Shown: in pieces, positions 28,695-46,275 of the stretch | Layout: every line of letters starts with the position of its first letter | Position numbering within the stretch: position 1 is the first letter of the stretch | The notes under the pieces: model-generated | What the model saw: only the letters and a program-made list of their open reading frames with translations | The model's database searches: none | Told to the model about the DNA's origin: nothing | Translations under genes and position numbers: made by a program | Source of the DNA: Eledone cirrhosa | Taxonomy: Eukaryota | Direction of reading: 5' to 3' | Length of the DNA stretch: 64,000 nucleotides | Assembly (NCBI GenBank): GCA_964016885.1 | Contig: OZ024742.1 | Coordinates: 152,024,001 to 152,088,000, forward strand

Positions 28695-29030
28695 TGAAGG
28701 TGCTTAAGTAATTCGCTTCGCAACCAATTAGTTCGGGTGTCAGTTCAACTGGGTGATTCCTTAGGCAGCTGTTTTCATCTGTAGGCCCAGGTTGAACAAT
28801 GCATTGTGGATGAAAAAAGGGTAAACAGAATCAGCAAAGCTCGTCCGTTGTGTGTGTGTATGTATCTGTGAGTGTGTCTCTGTGTCCATTTCCCCATATT
28901 TGAGTTCATGCCCAGTAACTTAACGGTTCGACAAAATAACATCGATAGAGTAAATAGTAGTCTCGGGAATGAAAGTAGTAGGATCGATATAATCAACTAA
29001 ATAAAAGTGGTGCCCCAGCATGGTGGAAGC
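28695..29030 (+). mobile_element. Degenerate SINE (tRNA-like head)
   Basis: GGTGCTTAAGTAATTCGCTTCGCAACC...CTTAGGCAG...GTGGTGCCCCAGCATGG resembles abundant cephalopod SINE bodies (recalled, not searched). Confidence 0.45.
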
Positions 29031-31767
29031 CTACTGACAAAAGAATAAGAATTCCTTCTTTAAATCGGAATTAGTATATCTACGAATACATTAACCTGTG
29101 TACTGTTTCTTCAAACGTCGCAGCTAAACAGATGAACATGAGTGTGTGTTCGTGTCTACCAGGTAAATAGATACAAAATAAGAGTATGTAGCTTTTTGAT
29201 ATAGTGGTGATGTGTTGGTGTGTGTAATAACCATAACTTATGTTCTAAGATGAATAAAAACAACACGTGTATTTTTCCTGTCTAACGTTTCCTGTTGTCT
29301 TTCTTTTATTCTCGTCCATGTTCCTATTTCTTATTATTTCTTTCAAACAACCGCTCTTCTCTCTCTCATTATTTCTTTCGGTAAAGGGCTAATGTTTGTA
29401 ATGTTACGACTCTTTTCCTACTATACCAAGCGTTAAACTATTATATCATCAGTGTATTGCGTTGTTCTGCGTCAGTTATCCTTGTTGATTTATCTTATAT
29501 ATATGATGTATCTACGTGTCTTTATAGTTGAAATAGTAGTTTTAAATATATATAACAATATTTTTAGTAGAGTATTTAGGGCAGTTGTTTAATACTCTGT
29601 CACCTTGGACTGAGCAGATCTCTTATGAAACAGTTCCTGCAATGAATCTCAGTTTACGCTTAGTGTATCTCAGATTACACATATTGCATTCTGTCCCGCT
29701 TTACGACTGTGGTATGTAGATTGAAGGAGTTTTGACTGCTTTTTCTATCAGCTGGAACAACAAAGTAAACTCTCTTTTATTGGTGAATCAGTAGCAAAGT
29801 TTGGTTTCTAAGTTTGGCACAAGGGCAGTAATTTCAGGGAAGGGTACAATTGATTAAATAAATCCCAGTTCTTTACTGGTACATTCTTTTATCGTCCTTG
29901 GAATGATGTCAAATTTGCACGGAAGGTAAAGTTGTCCCCTGCGAGATATATATTCATAATTTAAAGAACTCTAGCTAAATGCACAAATACATTCTATTCG
30001 ATGCTCTAATCATTCTGTTCTCCCTTGCAATAGCTGAATAAGGTGTAGGTGCAATGCCGTAATCAATGCGTTGACAATGTGATAGCGGTGGGATTGTCCA
30101 GGAAAGAAATGATAGGACGTATAAGAAATGGATTACTGTTTAATGAGCCACGAGTTCAAATCAACTGTTTGTATATAGTTATGTTTGTAAAGTTCGTCAT
30201 GTCATTCTATATTGACTCGGTTTTCCAGATGGATTCTTCGGTTAGAATAGTTTATCTTCCTCAGCTTCCACAGTTACAGGAGATTTACATTTGTGTTGAG
30301 GTAGATTTAAAAGGGTAAAAAGTAAAGTGCCCGTAACTCCTGATGGTGTCACATGGCGTTCGTGGCCTGATATATGGCGTATCTTGGATATTTAAACGCA
30401 TTCCAGGTTGTAACACAGCCGATTTCTTCCAGAGAATTTTCTACTCCAATCCCGGACTGCTGCTTTATTTATAGACCTCAAATCGACGAAAGGCTAAGTT
30501 GACCTCGGTGGCATATGAATTCAGCACTGGAATAAATATTGTTTGTACAGTAATGGTGATTCATTGAATTCGAAAACGGGAGCTTATATCTATTATATAT
30601 AATTTAAAACTAGTGAATTACATAAATAAACCTTATTCCTTCCTGTTCGGTAAAGTACAAACATCCTATATTGTTGGAGACAGTTTAAAAAAAACAATAT
30701 TGCTGACTCAGCCTAATGAAAGCTCGTGTCTTGCTGACATAAGTTTAAAACGTTTCTAATATAAAATTCAACTTAGTACCCTCGCCATGTTAGGAAACTC
30801 AGATATTCCTTCATTGCTTTAACTACCAGACAAACACTATAGATTTTGACGACTATTATGAGTCTTGGAATTCAACTTATGAAATCCACTTTAATTGCCG
30901 AACCAATAAAATTTCCATTACAAATGAATAAATCTTTTAATTGGCTCGTCAACTATATAACACGAAAGTAAAAAAACAAACAAATAAAATAAAACAAAAA
31001 AACAACAAAAACAAACGAAACAAACAAAGTTATGCGTAAAGAAAGTAAGTAAAAAAAATCATGCAATAGTTTGAAATCTATTCATTCATAGTAATTTCTT
31101 TCTTTTTCAAGTGTTTATAAAAATCTACTTCAGAAAACTATCTTTGCATTTTGAATATAGACTTTTTTGTTTTAATTTTACTCAAAGATATTTTCTTAAT
31201 ACACACATATAATAATTACTAGGATGTTTTCTTGGAAATATAGTTCTCTTTGGAGAAGAAATTACTTTTCTTTTTGTATATTGTTTAATATTCCTATATT
31301 CTTGACGAAGTCTGGCATAGTGCAGTGGTAAGCTCTTATTCAACGATTCTTTGCTGAAATCATTCAATAATATCCCTAAGAGAAGCAGAAATACCATTCA
31401 ATCCCACTTCTGTATCTCTTGACATATCTGTCATTTAAAGGTTAAGTAAGAAGGAATAATGAGTGGTGTATTATTTTAAATAAATTTCAATGCACAATGA
31501 GGAACATTGAAATAGAAACCAATTAATTATGACAGAGTAAGTACAAAACTAAAAAGTATCATGACCGAAAATGGACCCCCCCCCCCCCAAAAAAAAAAAA
31601 AAACAACAACAAAAAAACACAGATACAAAAAATAAACATATACATACAAACATTCACTGATACATAGACATACACACATTCAGACACATACAAATACAGA
31701 CATTCACTGACACATATACATACATAATTACCTCCCTTTCCTCTCATCCATTCTTTTATTCTATAAC

Positions 31768-31878
31768 ACGTTATTCCGGGTTGAATCGGAGGCAGCCACA
31801 GTAAGCAAGGCACTCAGTACACCGCAGAGCATGAAAGTTTTAATATAGATGCGAATCTGTATATGTATACAAACACTT

Positions 31879-31975
<97 letters not shown>

Positions 31976-32105
31976 CACATACACACACACGCATACACAC
32001 ACACGTTATTCCGGGTTGAATCGGAGGCAGCCACGGTAAGCAAGGCACTCAGTACACCGCAGAGCATGAAAGTTTTAATATAGATGAGAATCTGTATATG
32101 TATAC

Positions 32106-32185
<80 letters not shown>

Positions 32186-32673
32186 TGTGCATGCGCGCAC
32201 GCACGCGTATACAAATATAGATATATTTCCCCCATACACATGTGTGTGCGTACTCTATTGATTGGTGTATATTAGACCATTCGAGGGAGTACCAAAAGGG
32301 CACAAAGAATTGTTCTTTGTGTACCACAGAAAAGTATAGGATTTTGCTAAACTTGAGAGACACTTCCGCTTGCCTTAATTCAAAGACTGAGATCTTCAGA
32401 TGCTGTCCTCATCTGAGACCGCACCTGATCTGTAACTGAATTGACACTCCTATGAGAAATCAACCGCCTTGAACTCCCCACCCACACTTTACTTCTGCTA
32501 CGGTTATTTTACTGTTTCTACGTTCTGTACTCTTGTATATTTACATTTATTATATATTTTTTTCTCCCTTACCTCCCCTTATATTTTACCTTCACCTATG
32601 CCCCCCCCCACATATATTCTTTTTGCCTTGCCCTCCACATACCTATGTGTATGTGTATATATATTTGTGTGTA

Positions 32674-32714
<41 letters not shown>

Positions 32715-33091
32715 ACATATATATATAGATATATGTGTGTATGTGTATGTGTCTATGTATATATGTTTATACGTATGTGTGTGTGTGCCTGTGTGTATGT
32801 ATTTATATATGTATGTATTTGTGTGTGTGTGTATATATGTGTATGTGTGGATAAGCCAGGTTTCTCTCATCCTGAAGATTGTAGGAACAATTTTTTGCTT
32901 TTAAGAAACCCTTGGTAATTGGAATAATTGCCTTATGTTGCTTTAATACTTTACTACTATATATACGTATATGTAAGGTCCTTATGATTTATTTAAGATT
33001 GAGTTTTACATAGTCACACGCATATACGTGTGTGTATGCGTATGCATGTGTGTGTGCGTGGTGTGTATGTGTGTATATGTGTATATGCATG

Positions 33092-33132
<41 letters not shown>

Positions 33133-33722
33133 ATATGTGTGTGTGTACATATGTGGGTGTGTATATATTGATAATTGTATGTGTGTGTGTGTGTGTTTGT
33201 TTGTGTTCTGTTGTGCGTGTTTATGATATATACGTATTTGTATGTGTATAATTGTTTAGCTATGTATGTATATGTGTGTGTATGTGTACGTGTATATATA
33301 TGTGTGTGTGTACGTTTGAATTTATGTATATATATGTGTGTATATGTATGCATATATGTGTGTGTGTGTATATAGTTGTATACACATGTGTGTGTGTGTA
33401 TAGATTGTACACTTGTGCGTGGTTATGCATGTATGCGTATGTATGCGTTTATGTATTTGTATTTGAAATTTTTTTATGTGTGAGAGTGTGTGAATGCGTT
33501 GACTATTTCGCGCGTATGTATATGTGCTTTTGTGTGTTTTTCTTACCACGCTTGTCTGTCCAGTTTGCTGCCTTATGTAACGGTCTCAATATTTTTATAA
33601 TATATATATATATATATATTTTTTTTTCTTATATTTATTTGCGTGTGTGAATATGTAGAGGAGTGTGCATTTATGTATGTGTATGCATGTACGTGTGTAT
33701 ATATGTTTTGATTGTGTGAATG

Positions 33723-33778
<56 letters not shown>

Positions 33779-33966
33779 GGTATGGCTATGTGTATGTATG
33801 TGTATGCGTGTACACACGCGCATATATATATATGTGTATATATATGCGTGTATATATGTGTGTGTGTGTGTATGTGTGTGTATATATGCATGTGTGTGTG
33901 TGTATGTGTGTGTGTGTGTATGTGTGTGTGTATATATATATATGTATGCGTGTGTGTGTGTAGATA

Positions 33967-34017
<51 letters not shown>

Positions 34018-34447
34018 ATGAATGTTTGTATATGTTTGTTTTTAGAGGAACAAAGGCAGACAGATTTCTGTATTCAGATTGGAGCCAATCCTTATCATTA
34101 GGTTTCTCTTTAGCTTACAGGTGTCTGTAAGATCAGTATGGGGTCAGTCATGGTAGATAGATTTGGAGGAAGGGGAGATTCCTTGAAAGCTAAATTCTTA
34201 AAGGTTCTAGTAAATTTACGAAGGTTTAGGGAATTCTGTAGACAATTTCTAAGTATAATCTATACAACTGTAGCCATATATTCACGAGACACTTTCAACA
34301 GAACATACCCACTCATACACTCGCGCGCACCCATGGGCACGCGTACGCATGCGCGTATGCGCGCGCGCATGCACGCACACACATGTGTATGGGGGAAATA
34401 TATTTATATTTGTATACGCGTGCGTGCGTGCGCGCATGCACATGCGC

Positions 34448-34515
<68 letters not shown>

Positions 34516-34646
34516 GTTTGTATACATATACAGATTCTCATCTATATTAAAACTTTCATGCTCTGCGGTGTACTGAGTGCCTTGCTTACTGTGGCTGCCT
34601 CCGATTCAACCCAGAATAACGTGTGTGTGTATGCGTGTGTGTGTAT

Positions 34647-34715
<69 letters not shown>

Positions 34716-34942
34716 CTTTTATGTTTTTTCGTGTATGTGTGGTTCTATGTGTAGTCTTATTTTATTTTTCCTTTCCTTCTTCCTTCTCCAGCCTCACTTT
34801 CATATAGCTTGCTTTTTTGTTTTTAAGATCCAAATTCAATAAACAAACCAGGATTTTTTCATTCTGAGGATTGAAAGCAAAACCTTTTGCTTTTAAGAAA
34901 CCACTGGTAAATGGAATAATTGCCTTATGTTGTTTATTACAT

Positions 34943-34950
<8 letters not shown>
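31768..34950 (+). mobile_element. Composite PLE 3' remnant, family M (GIY-YIG tail, microsatellite-rich UTR, two HHR pLTRs, inverted 5' arm)
   Basis: 32268-32439 encodes WCILDHSREYQKGTKNCSLCTTEKYRILL..LNSKTEIFRCCPH, a PLE GIY-YIG C-terminus. 31768-32250 is inverted relative to ~34375-34640. HHRs at 32868-32921 (degenerate) and 34860-34913. Confidence 0.65.
34860..34913 (+). ncRNA. Type-I hammerhead, family M
   Basis: CATT-CTGAGGA-TTGAAAGCAAA acct TTTGCTTTTAA-GAAA-CCA c TGG-TA-AATG. Confidence 0.82.
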
Positions 34951-35030
<80 letters not shown>

Positions 35031-35031
<1 letters not shown>

Positions 35032-35214
35032 ACGAAGGAATTCTGGTAAGGCACCAGATGGACCATAACGCACCAGAGTACTCAATACTTAGGGTAGTGG
35101 AGTGGGTAATAGGAAAAAGTATGACCCCGACGGCAGAGCTCAAGCCGTTCAACGGCTATTTCTGGACTCAGAGTCCAGGTCATGCAGCTCTGCCATCAGG
35201 GTCATACTTTTTCC

Positions 35215-35218
<4 letters not shown>
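35031..35218. mobile_element. Fold-back pseudo-LTR fragment, family U
   Basis: AACGAAGG...GGACCATAACGCACC...GACCCCGACGGC...TCTGGACTC/a/GAGTCCAG turn, flanked by (TA)n. Confidence 0.8.
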
Positions 35219-35249
<31 letters not shown>

Positions 35250-35256
<7 letters not shown>

Positions 35257-35819
35257 TAAACAAATAATGAATAAAACAATGAAACAGTTCCTTATATTAA
35301 ACAAAAAAAGTTCATTATTTAACGATCGTTTCTAGGATATATATGTGTTAGAATTGGCATGCATATTCAACAGATCTATGTACAAAATTATACAAAATTA
35401 TACAAACTATCAAGATTAAATATACATACCAAACACACATATATGGCGTCTTCAGAAATAATTTTATTATTTTATTATTTCTGAAGACGGCATATATGTG
35501 TGTTTGGTATGTATATTTAATCTTGATAGTTTGTATAATTTTGTATAATTTTGTACATAGATCTGTTGAATATGCATGCCAATTCTAACACATATATATC
35601 CTAGAAACGATCGTTAAATAATGAACTTTTTTTGTTTAATATAAGGAACTGTTTCATTGTTTTATTCATTATTTGTTTAATATTTTATCTTGACTCTGTA
35701 TTCCGTTTATCTTTCACCGAAAGTGATTTTTCATTACATCTCTTCTTTCCATGATATCCGGAATACATTGAGTTCTTCATACGGATTGGACACTACCGTA
35801 AACTCTTGGTAGATTTATC

Positions 35820-35820
<1 letters not shown>
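35250..35820. mobile_element. Near-perfect ~440-bp palindrome with two mirror HHRs, family F
   Basis: 35250-35462 is the reverse complement of 35474-35688. HHR on + at 35474-35622: ATTATTT-CTGAAGA-(long stem II)-GAAA-CGATCG-TT-AAATAAT. Mirror on - at 35314-35462. Confidence 0.85.
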
Positions 35821-37582
<1,762 letters not shown>

Positions 37583-37659
37583 TATATAAATATAGTAATA
37601 ATAATAAATGTGAAGACTAAAATCAAAAGAGGGCTCGATAAGGATATATATATATATCA

Positions 37660-38842
37660 AAGCCATTCGACAAATTGAGAGTAACGTCGAGATAATTAAC
37701 GACCGAGAGGTTGACCTCAACCTGTATGAAGAGGTTGAAGCCTTTAAAGAAGGCTTTGAGTTCTTTTCTGAACCTGCTGCAAGAGCGTGGACCGCACTTT
37801 GTCATGGTCAAATGACCGTCATCGTGGTACAAACCACCGCCCACATTGGGGAAATTCTTCCTTGATAGAGAAAAGAAGGAAAAGGCCGAATCGCTGGCGC
37901 CCATACTCACGTCGAATGTGGTACTATTAGATTTTTTATCCAAATAGAGTCGTCGAAATTAATCACCAACTTACGGGCATTGAGGATGACATCAACTTCG
38001 AAATCCTTAACCACCGTGAGCGTTTTAGCTAAATTGATAGCTCTAAGTAGAAGTGGTAAAGTGATGGAGGAGTAGCAGTTATTGATGTCGAATTGGATAA
38101 AACAGCAATGTTCCTTGTTGCATATGCCATTGAACCAATGAATCACGGCGAAAGAATTATTCCACAATGCAAGAGGGGCCAAGCTTCTAATTTCAGGTAT
38201 AATTCTATCGAAAATCCTTTTACTAAGTCTACCTAAATCATACTTCGCAGTGTTAATTAGCCGAAAAGATGGGTTGTTCGCGAAATTGGGTTTGTGATAC
38301 TTCAGGGTAAAGTGGGGAGAAATAGGGTCCAGAGGTTTAGTCCTGTTCTGGATGTTGAGTTCAGAAGTGATTTTAAACCCAGCATCGTTGATGTCATTAA
38401 TGACACTCCGATTGGTTTTCCGGTAATCCTTAGTTACAGCATTATGTAGAAGATGATGGTAAGTACTGTGCTCCACTTGATATAGATTGCCAGTTTTGTC
38501 GGAGTGGACGTGCACGGCATTAGAATCGTTAATAGAACGAATTCTATTCTTCAGGACCTGCTGGAAGGAATTGCTGCTATTCCGAAATTTGATACTCCGT
38601 ATGAGTTCCAAGGCATCGTTTTCGAATGGTAGCAATGCTGGGTTATTCATAGGGTTATTATAACTTTTACACCTAAATTTATCCTGTTTATTGTCCGCTT
38701 TTTCCTGGTTATCGAAATAAAAGGCACGCCAACCCAACCTTTTAAGGAACGAATCCGTTTTCTGTATCAGAAGTTTTAGATATGTCTTCCTGCTAGGTAC
38801 GGGTATGTTCTTCGTAGAAATATTCAGGTGTTTCTTCTGCAT
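37660..38842 (-). pseudogene. Penelope-like element RT (N-terminal part, frameshifted, 3'-truncated)
   Basis: [67 protein letters not shown]. Confidence 0.88.
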
Positions 38843-38996
38843 GATGAATATAAGTCAATAGAGTGCTCAACTGAGGGAGCCAAATATTAATAATAATAAA
38901 TGTGAAGAGTAAAATCCAAAGAGGGCTTGATAAGGATAAATATATATAAAGTATATAAGGACCCTAGAGCAAATATTTATTAAAATAACAGATTAA

Positions 38997-39047
38997 AGTT
39001 TAAGCAAAGAGTCGCTGCTTTCACCCATAACGGGATCTTCTGAAACT
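38997..39047 (-). ncRNA. Hammerhead with CAGAAGA core, family B pLTR
   Basis: Minus strand: AGTTT-CAGAAGA-TCCC gttat GGGT-GAAA-GCA..TGC-TT-AAACT. It lies between the upstream GIY-YIG copy and the RT start (tandem PLE junction). Confidence 0.7.
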
Positions 39048-40520
39048 AAAAAAATCAATCTGTGAACGCAGAAGTAAATATTTCGAAAAATGTTCCAACC
39101 GAAGGAAAACAGGAAGACGATACTTTGGTTCGTAAAGACGTTCCCTGGCAATGAACGAAAAAAAGCGAAGATAATACAATACGTCGTTATGAGAACAATT
39201 ACACGCAAAGACAAAACCACGTTTATTGTGTAAATGAAGTCGTAGACTAATATTCTATTTAGGAAACCGAATGATTCTCAGCTTCATAATTAAGAATAAT
39301 GTAAATAAATTAGTAGAACAAAAATGACAGAGGTTATTAAAATCAATAATAATTAAATATATACATACACGTGCATACGCGAAAACGCCCGCCATGCATG
39401 CATATACATCGACGTACACATACATAAACCCGCGGGACACAAGTACCCGCACAGATACGAACGTATACAACAAATACACATAAAAAAATATATAAACGCA
39501 TATAAATACGTATATAACGCACGCACACACATACCTACAGGTAAATACACATACGTTCACCAAACGTACGTCAACCAAAACACAAAGTACACATATACAC
39601 ACCGTACATACGTGCAAACACTCATACACGCATACACACACAAACACAAAATACACATATACACATAACCATATACACATATACCAGTATATATAATATA
39701 ATATTTACACCTATAATAAATACAAGCATATATACGTACGAGAAAGTATAAGTACCTTCACAAAACATACGGGCAAGGTATACTTACCTATACAAATAAG
39801 TAATGGTATAAACATAATATATACTTAGCTATCACACCAGGACGTAAATTATCCGCGTAATGTTCATACTATCCGTTAGGGTATAATGTGGGGCTGTAAT
39901 ACAGGAAAGTTTTATGCAATTTGTGTTTACAAGCCGAAATTGCATCAGATATTTTTGTTTAAGATGTGGTCATTGGCGTAGAGTATTTCCAGGGCTTCAG
40001 CGCCGCAAAGAAAGCATGGTCTTTTATTTCCGTTATACGATCTAGCCCTAGCTAGAATCTCCCAGTGTAACCTATATTGGGTGTGGTTGTCTTTTATACT
40101 CCAGATATAAGCTGAACGTCACGTCATATTCCTTCTTAAAGGGTTAAGAAAAGAATGGGTGTCCATGTAAAGACGCTGCTTGAATCTACATAACCCTATG
40201 TAGGCTTTACGGGACGTGGCTGTTTCGACCTTACATTTGTAGACAATGTTAGTGGAGAGGCATTTCCCGGATAGAGGGCAGTCAACCCAATTCTTAGAAT
40301 TACAGTTAATACTAGCTACATGCTTGTGCGTGTGCCCAGGGCTAGGTAATTTAGCTAAATTTGAGCATGTGCAAGGTTAGGAGTCGTGGAGTAAGATATT
40401 TTAATGGTATTTCTATTAAAAATATAATTATATTTATGTGCTGAGGGGAAATGCTTCTTAATATGGGAGACAAAGATCTTAGCTAATGGTGTGGCTACCT
40501 CCATATTATATGGTGGGTTA

Positions 40521-41772
<1,252 letters not shown>

Positions 41773-41885
41773 TACCATATAATGCGTCGGGATTTACTTT
41801 TCCTTGGTCTATGAAGCAGCGATTCTGTGCTTAAACTTCAATCTGTTATTTTAACATATATACATATATATATATATAAATATAT

Positions 41886-42146
41886 ATCGCCGTATTTTGA
41901 CTAAAGAAATTATAGAAATTATTTAGCCTGATAGCGGGGTTAAGAACCCTCGAAGAAATGGAAAAAGATGAGTATTGACGTACATGTACGTACATGCACG
42001 TCAATACTCATCGTTTTCCATTTCTCCGAGGGCTCTTAATCCCACTATCAGGCTAAATAATTTTATTTAATTTCTTTAGTCAAAATACGACGATAGCTTA
42101 CATTTCTAATAATTTCAAACCCACTCGCTGTTTCGAAAATATTCTT
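41886..42146. repeat. Fold-back element, family C (second copy at ~41046-41225)
   Basis: Arms turn at GACGTACATGTAC/GTACATGCACGTC (~41990). No convincing HHR could be folded. Confidence 0.7.
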
Positions 42147-42163
42147 AATATATATATATATAT

Positions 42164-42854
42164 AACTGCACCTATCCTGACAATTGCCCCTCGGCAATAA
42201 CTGCCTTGAAAAAAATATCATCTATAAGTGTACCATTGAATCCGGAGGCAACGAGTGGTATTACGTGGGATCAACGGCAACATCGTTTAAATCTCGATTA
42301 TATAGGCATTTTTACTCAATAAAACACCAGAGCCAAAGAAATGTAACAACTTTAGCAGAAAAAGCTTGGACACTCAGGGATAGCGATCAAAAACCCAAAG
42401 CTTTTCCAGGAGCCAAAATTTCTGCAAATTATGTAATCTTGAGATTTATTACATAATCACACACAAGAAGAAAGTGCTTAATAAGAGAATTGAACGAACA
42501 TTATTCTGCCGTCACCGAACTAAAACCCTTTTTTCCCACTACAAGCTGAATATTATATAAACGAGGGACATCCTCCCAACTATGCAAATCCTCAATCTAG
42601 TTAGAAAAATATAAAAACAATCACTTCTCAACATATACATGTACTATTAATAACCTTAAATTATCACACTAATAATGGATAAATATGGTGGTGAGAATAG
42701 GTGCGAATATGCTATAATGAATGTGTCTAAAAGCGACCATATGTATGTATATAGGTGAAAATGTATATAAATAAGTAAATAAGTGGGCGAGTGTGTAAAT
42801 ATATATATATATTTGATGTGTATAATTAAATGTATGTGTATTCATGTATATGTG

Positions 42855-42917
<63 letters not shown>

Positions 42918-43025
42918 TACACACATAGTCAGGAGTATGTATGTATATATGTGTGTGTCTATATGTGTGTATATGAAGATAAGTAGAGTATGAAAGTGTA
43001 TATACATGAATTCGTATGTGGGTAC

Positions 43026-43112
<87 letters not shown>

Positions 43113-43700
43113 TTTATATATGTATGTAAGTATGAGCATGTAAGTATGTGTATGTGAGTGTATGTATTTGTAGAGGTGTGCATATATGTATGTGTGTGAA
43201 TGTGTATGTTTTTTGTTTTTTTTAAATAAGTATATATACACATATATCTATGTGTGGGCGAATGGATACACACACTTGAAAGAAAAATTTAAGTCTGTAT
43301 GTTAATTAAGTGCAAACACAAAACCAACCATGCATATCTTTACTATCTCTAATCCTTCTATAGATTTAGAAAAATAACCAACGCCAAATAATGTATTCTA
43401 TAAAAAATGTCAAAACAACAGATGGGAATCTAATTACCCACTGCTATCAAACATTTCTATCCACTTCCTTAACTATCCTTCTAACTTCACCCCTCCCTCT
43501 TAATATTCTCTATAAAAACCAAACAATTTCTCAATGAGATTATTCTGATGAAATGTTAGTTGAAAATAACATTGAAATATTGAGTGTCTGCATAATTAAT
43601 ACTTTGTAGATAGCCGTTTTCAGGTTATATAACTGTTATTGAAACACGTGTCAATAAATTCCTTTTACTGAACTGTATCCATTTAAATCCTTCTATATAT
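42164..43700 (+). mobile_element. PLE 3' remnant: GIY-YIG domain, UTR and HHR pLTR (family S)
   Basis: NCTYPDNCPLGNNCLEKNIIYKCTIE..YYVGSTATSFKSRLYRH. HHR at 43540-43657: TTATT-CTGATGA-AATG(~80 nt)TATT-GAAA-CACGTG-TC-AATAA. Confidence 0.75.
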
Positions 43701-43924
43701 ATTATATATATATATTTAGTAATAAGCCTATTTATATTTATATATGTATAATACAGCTATAAATATGGAGGCTAGCACTAAGTACTAGCGGGTTAACGGT
43801 ATGACAAAAAGCTCAATGCCAATTTTCAAGTGTTTTACAGAGCTGAGATACAATTTTCAAGTGTTTTACAGAGCTGAGTTACAAAGTGTTAAAACGATCA
43901 AATTTTAGTTTAGAACATTTATTA

Positions 43925-43969
43925 GCTGACAATTGTTTCTTCCAGAGGGAAGTCTGGAATCATTGGAGC
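43925..43969 (-). ncRNA. Degenerate hammerhead, family N
   Basis: Minus strand: GCT-CCAATGA-TTCCAGA cttccc TCTGGAA-GAAA-CAATTG-TC-AGC-TAATAAA (core mutated). A related fold-back at ~45020-45146 is centred on stem II. Confidence 0.55.
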
Positions 43970-44750
43970 ATAGGGAATGTTGAAACATATGACTAAATTC
44001 CTAGTCATTCAGAACATTTAGGGTACATAATTGTTTTTAGTGTCAAAGGCATCATGTGGAGAGTCAGGTGTTTAAAAGATGTTATGCTTGAGAGAACACA
44101 ATTACAGGCAGCACTTGTTGAAAGTGTAAGAGATATAAGCAAAACGTACAGGCAAAAAAGTTACATGCAAGGAAAAGTGGTGTACAATTCAGGAGTCAAT
44201 ACAGTCAATAAGGCATGTATGAAGAAAGAGTTATAATGCAGTTGAAATAAATGTATTTTGTGTAGGGTGTTAAAGCATGTTATAATTGTTAGAAATGTTT
44301 AAGATGGCGTGCAATTTGTTAGAGAAGCATGTGGTGATCATGTAGGTATTTGTTCTGTGAGGTGTAATGCAAAGCACGTGATAGAGTTAGATATGTGATT
44401 TTCATACAAGTGTTTATGTGTTGAAGTCCTGTGTAAACTCATAAAATTAAGCAACCTAACGGTTTAGCAACAGCTTAATAACGGTTAATACAAACCCTAG
44501 AAAAGATAATGTGTAGATAAAAAATGCATCAGATAATATACCTACAATAACAACAATGCCAGTAATTCAGTGGAATCTATATTTAACAAACAAACACCTA
44601 TTGTCTATAAACGAGTCAAAATAATCCCATGGTTAATAGCTGTGAGTTAGAAACAACATAAACACATACATACGAACTACAACACATAAACACTTGAATG
44701 AAAATCACCTATCCAACTCTATCACGTGCTTTGCATTACACCCCCCCACA

Positions 44751-44781
<31 letters not shown>

Positions 44782-45168
44782 GCATACAGACACACACACA
44801 CACACACGCTCACACACACACAAACACACAAACACACACACACACACACACATATACAGTATATATATATATATGTAATATTAAGGATACTATTTTTAGT
44901 TATGTATATACTATATACAACTATAAACAGGTAAGGTCAGTAATTTATTACTACCTTATTTCCAGTAAGATAAAGAGCTCAATGTAAGAACATCATTTGT
45001 TATATAGAGCAGTAATATAGAATACACAAGAATCAAAGCTATGTTAGAACATTTAATTGCTGACAATTGTTTCTTCCAAGTCTAGGCTTGAAAGAAACAA
45101 TTGTCAGCAATGAAATGTTCTAACATAGCTTTGATTCTTGTGTATTATATATATATATATATGTATGT

Positions 45169-45385
45169 AACGAAGGAAATGTGGTAAGGAACCAGGTGGA
45201 CCATAACGCACCAAAGTACTCAATACTTGGGGTAGTAGAGTGGGTAATAGGAACCAGTAAGACCCCGAGAGCTGAGCTCAAGCCGTTTCGACGGCTAATT
45301 CTGGACTAAAAAATCTGATTTTTTAGTCCAGAATTAGCCGTCGAAACGGCTTGAGCTCAGCTGTCGGGGTCTTACTGGTTCCTAT
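45169..45385. mobile_element. Fold-back pseudo-LTR fragment, family U
   Basis: Turn at GGACTAAAAAATC/t/GATTTTTTAGTCC. Retains GAAA-CGGC..GCTG-TC-GGGG. Confidence 0.8.
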
Positions 45386-45388
45386 ATG

Positions 45389-45423
<35 letters not shown>

Positions 45424-45646
45424 TTCGGCTATTGGAAATTATCGAAAAACAACTTCCGAGATGTGTGGCAAGCGCTCCATAGAAGCTAGTGAACTAGAGC
45501 AACAACAACAGTTAAAAGTCCAAGTAATTCGGGTCAAACAAATGAAATATGATTGAAAATTATACCCGGACCCCAGGAAGGTTGGTAATATCCAGCATTG
45601 GGTTTCTGCAACTCCTAAATCAAGTACTCTCTGCTTAGACAAATAA

Positions 45647-45822
45647 TTGTTTCTACTTTAGGCACAAGGCCAGCAATCACCCAGTGCATTATTGGTACTT
45701 TATTTTATCGACCCCGTAAGGATGACAGACAAAGTCAACCTCGGCGCGATTTGAACTCAGATCGTAAAGGGACGTAACTATGCTGGAAAGCATGGCGTCC
45801 GACCCTCTATAGATACTGCCAA
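45647..45822 (-). mobile_element. tRNA-derived SINE (family 2)
   Basis: Highly similar to 36271-36454. Confidence 0.8.
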
Positions 45823-45926
45823 AGCATTTGGTATGATGATCGAACAAGGAAGTCACTTTCTCATTAGGCTTTTAGTTCAGTGCCAAGCCAAGGACTGACC
45901 GTTATCATATATATATATATATATAT

Positions 45927-46005
<79 letters not shown>

Positions 46006-46008
46006 TAC

Positions 46009-46075
<67 letters not shown>

Positions 46076-46232
46076 TATATAAATATATATACATATATAT
46101 ATATATATATTGTTATGATTTGGGAGGGTCATGTTGCCAATAAGAAACACACGCACCAGTAGATTTCACACAAAAACAAGATGGCGTAGGACAGAACAAA
46201 GGAGAGGCACAAAAACAAAGAAAAGAATCCTA

Positions 46233-46275
46233 GTCACTGAAGAGGTCACAGAATGTGTGACGAAAGAACTTTGAC
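46233..46275 (+). ncRNA. Type-I hammerhead, family T (slightly degenerate)
   Basis: GTCA-CTGAAGA-GGTCACA gaatg TGTGAC-GAAA-GAAC-TT-TGAC. Lies inside inverted arms ~46121-46159 and ~46379-46417. Confidence 0.65.

Noticed and set aside
41886-42146. CTGATAG/CTGATAA and GAAA strings in the family C fold-back
   Set aside because: I could not build consistent stems I and III in both copies, so it is not called an HHR.
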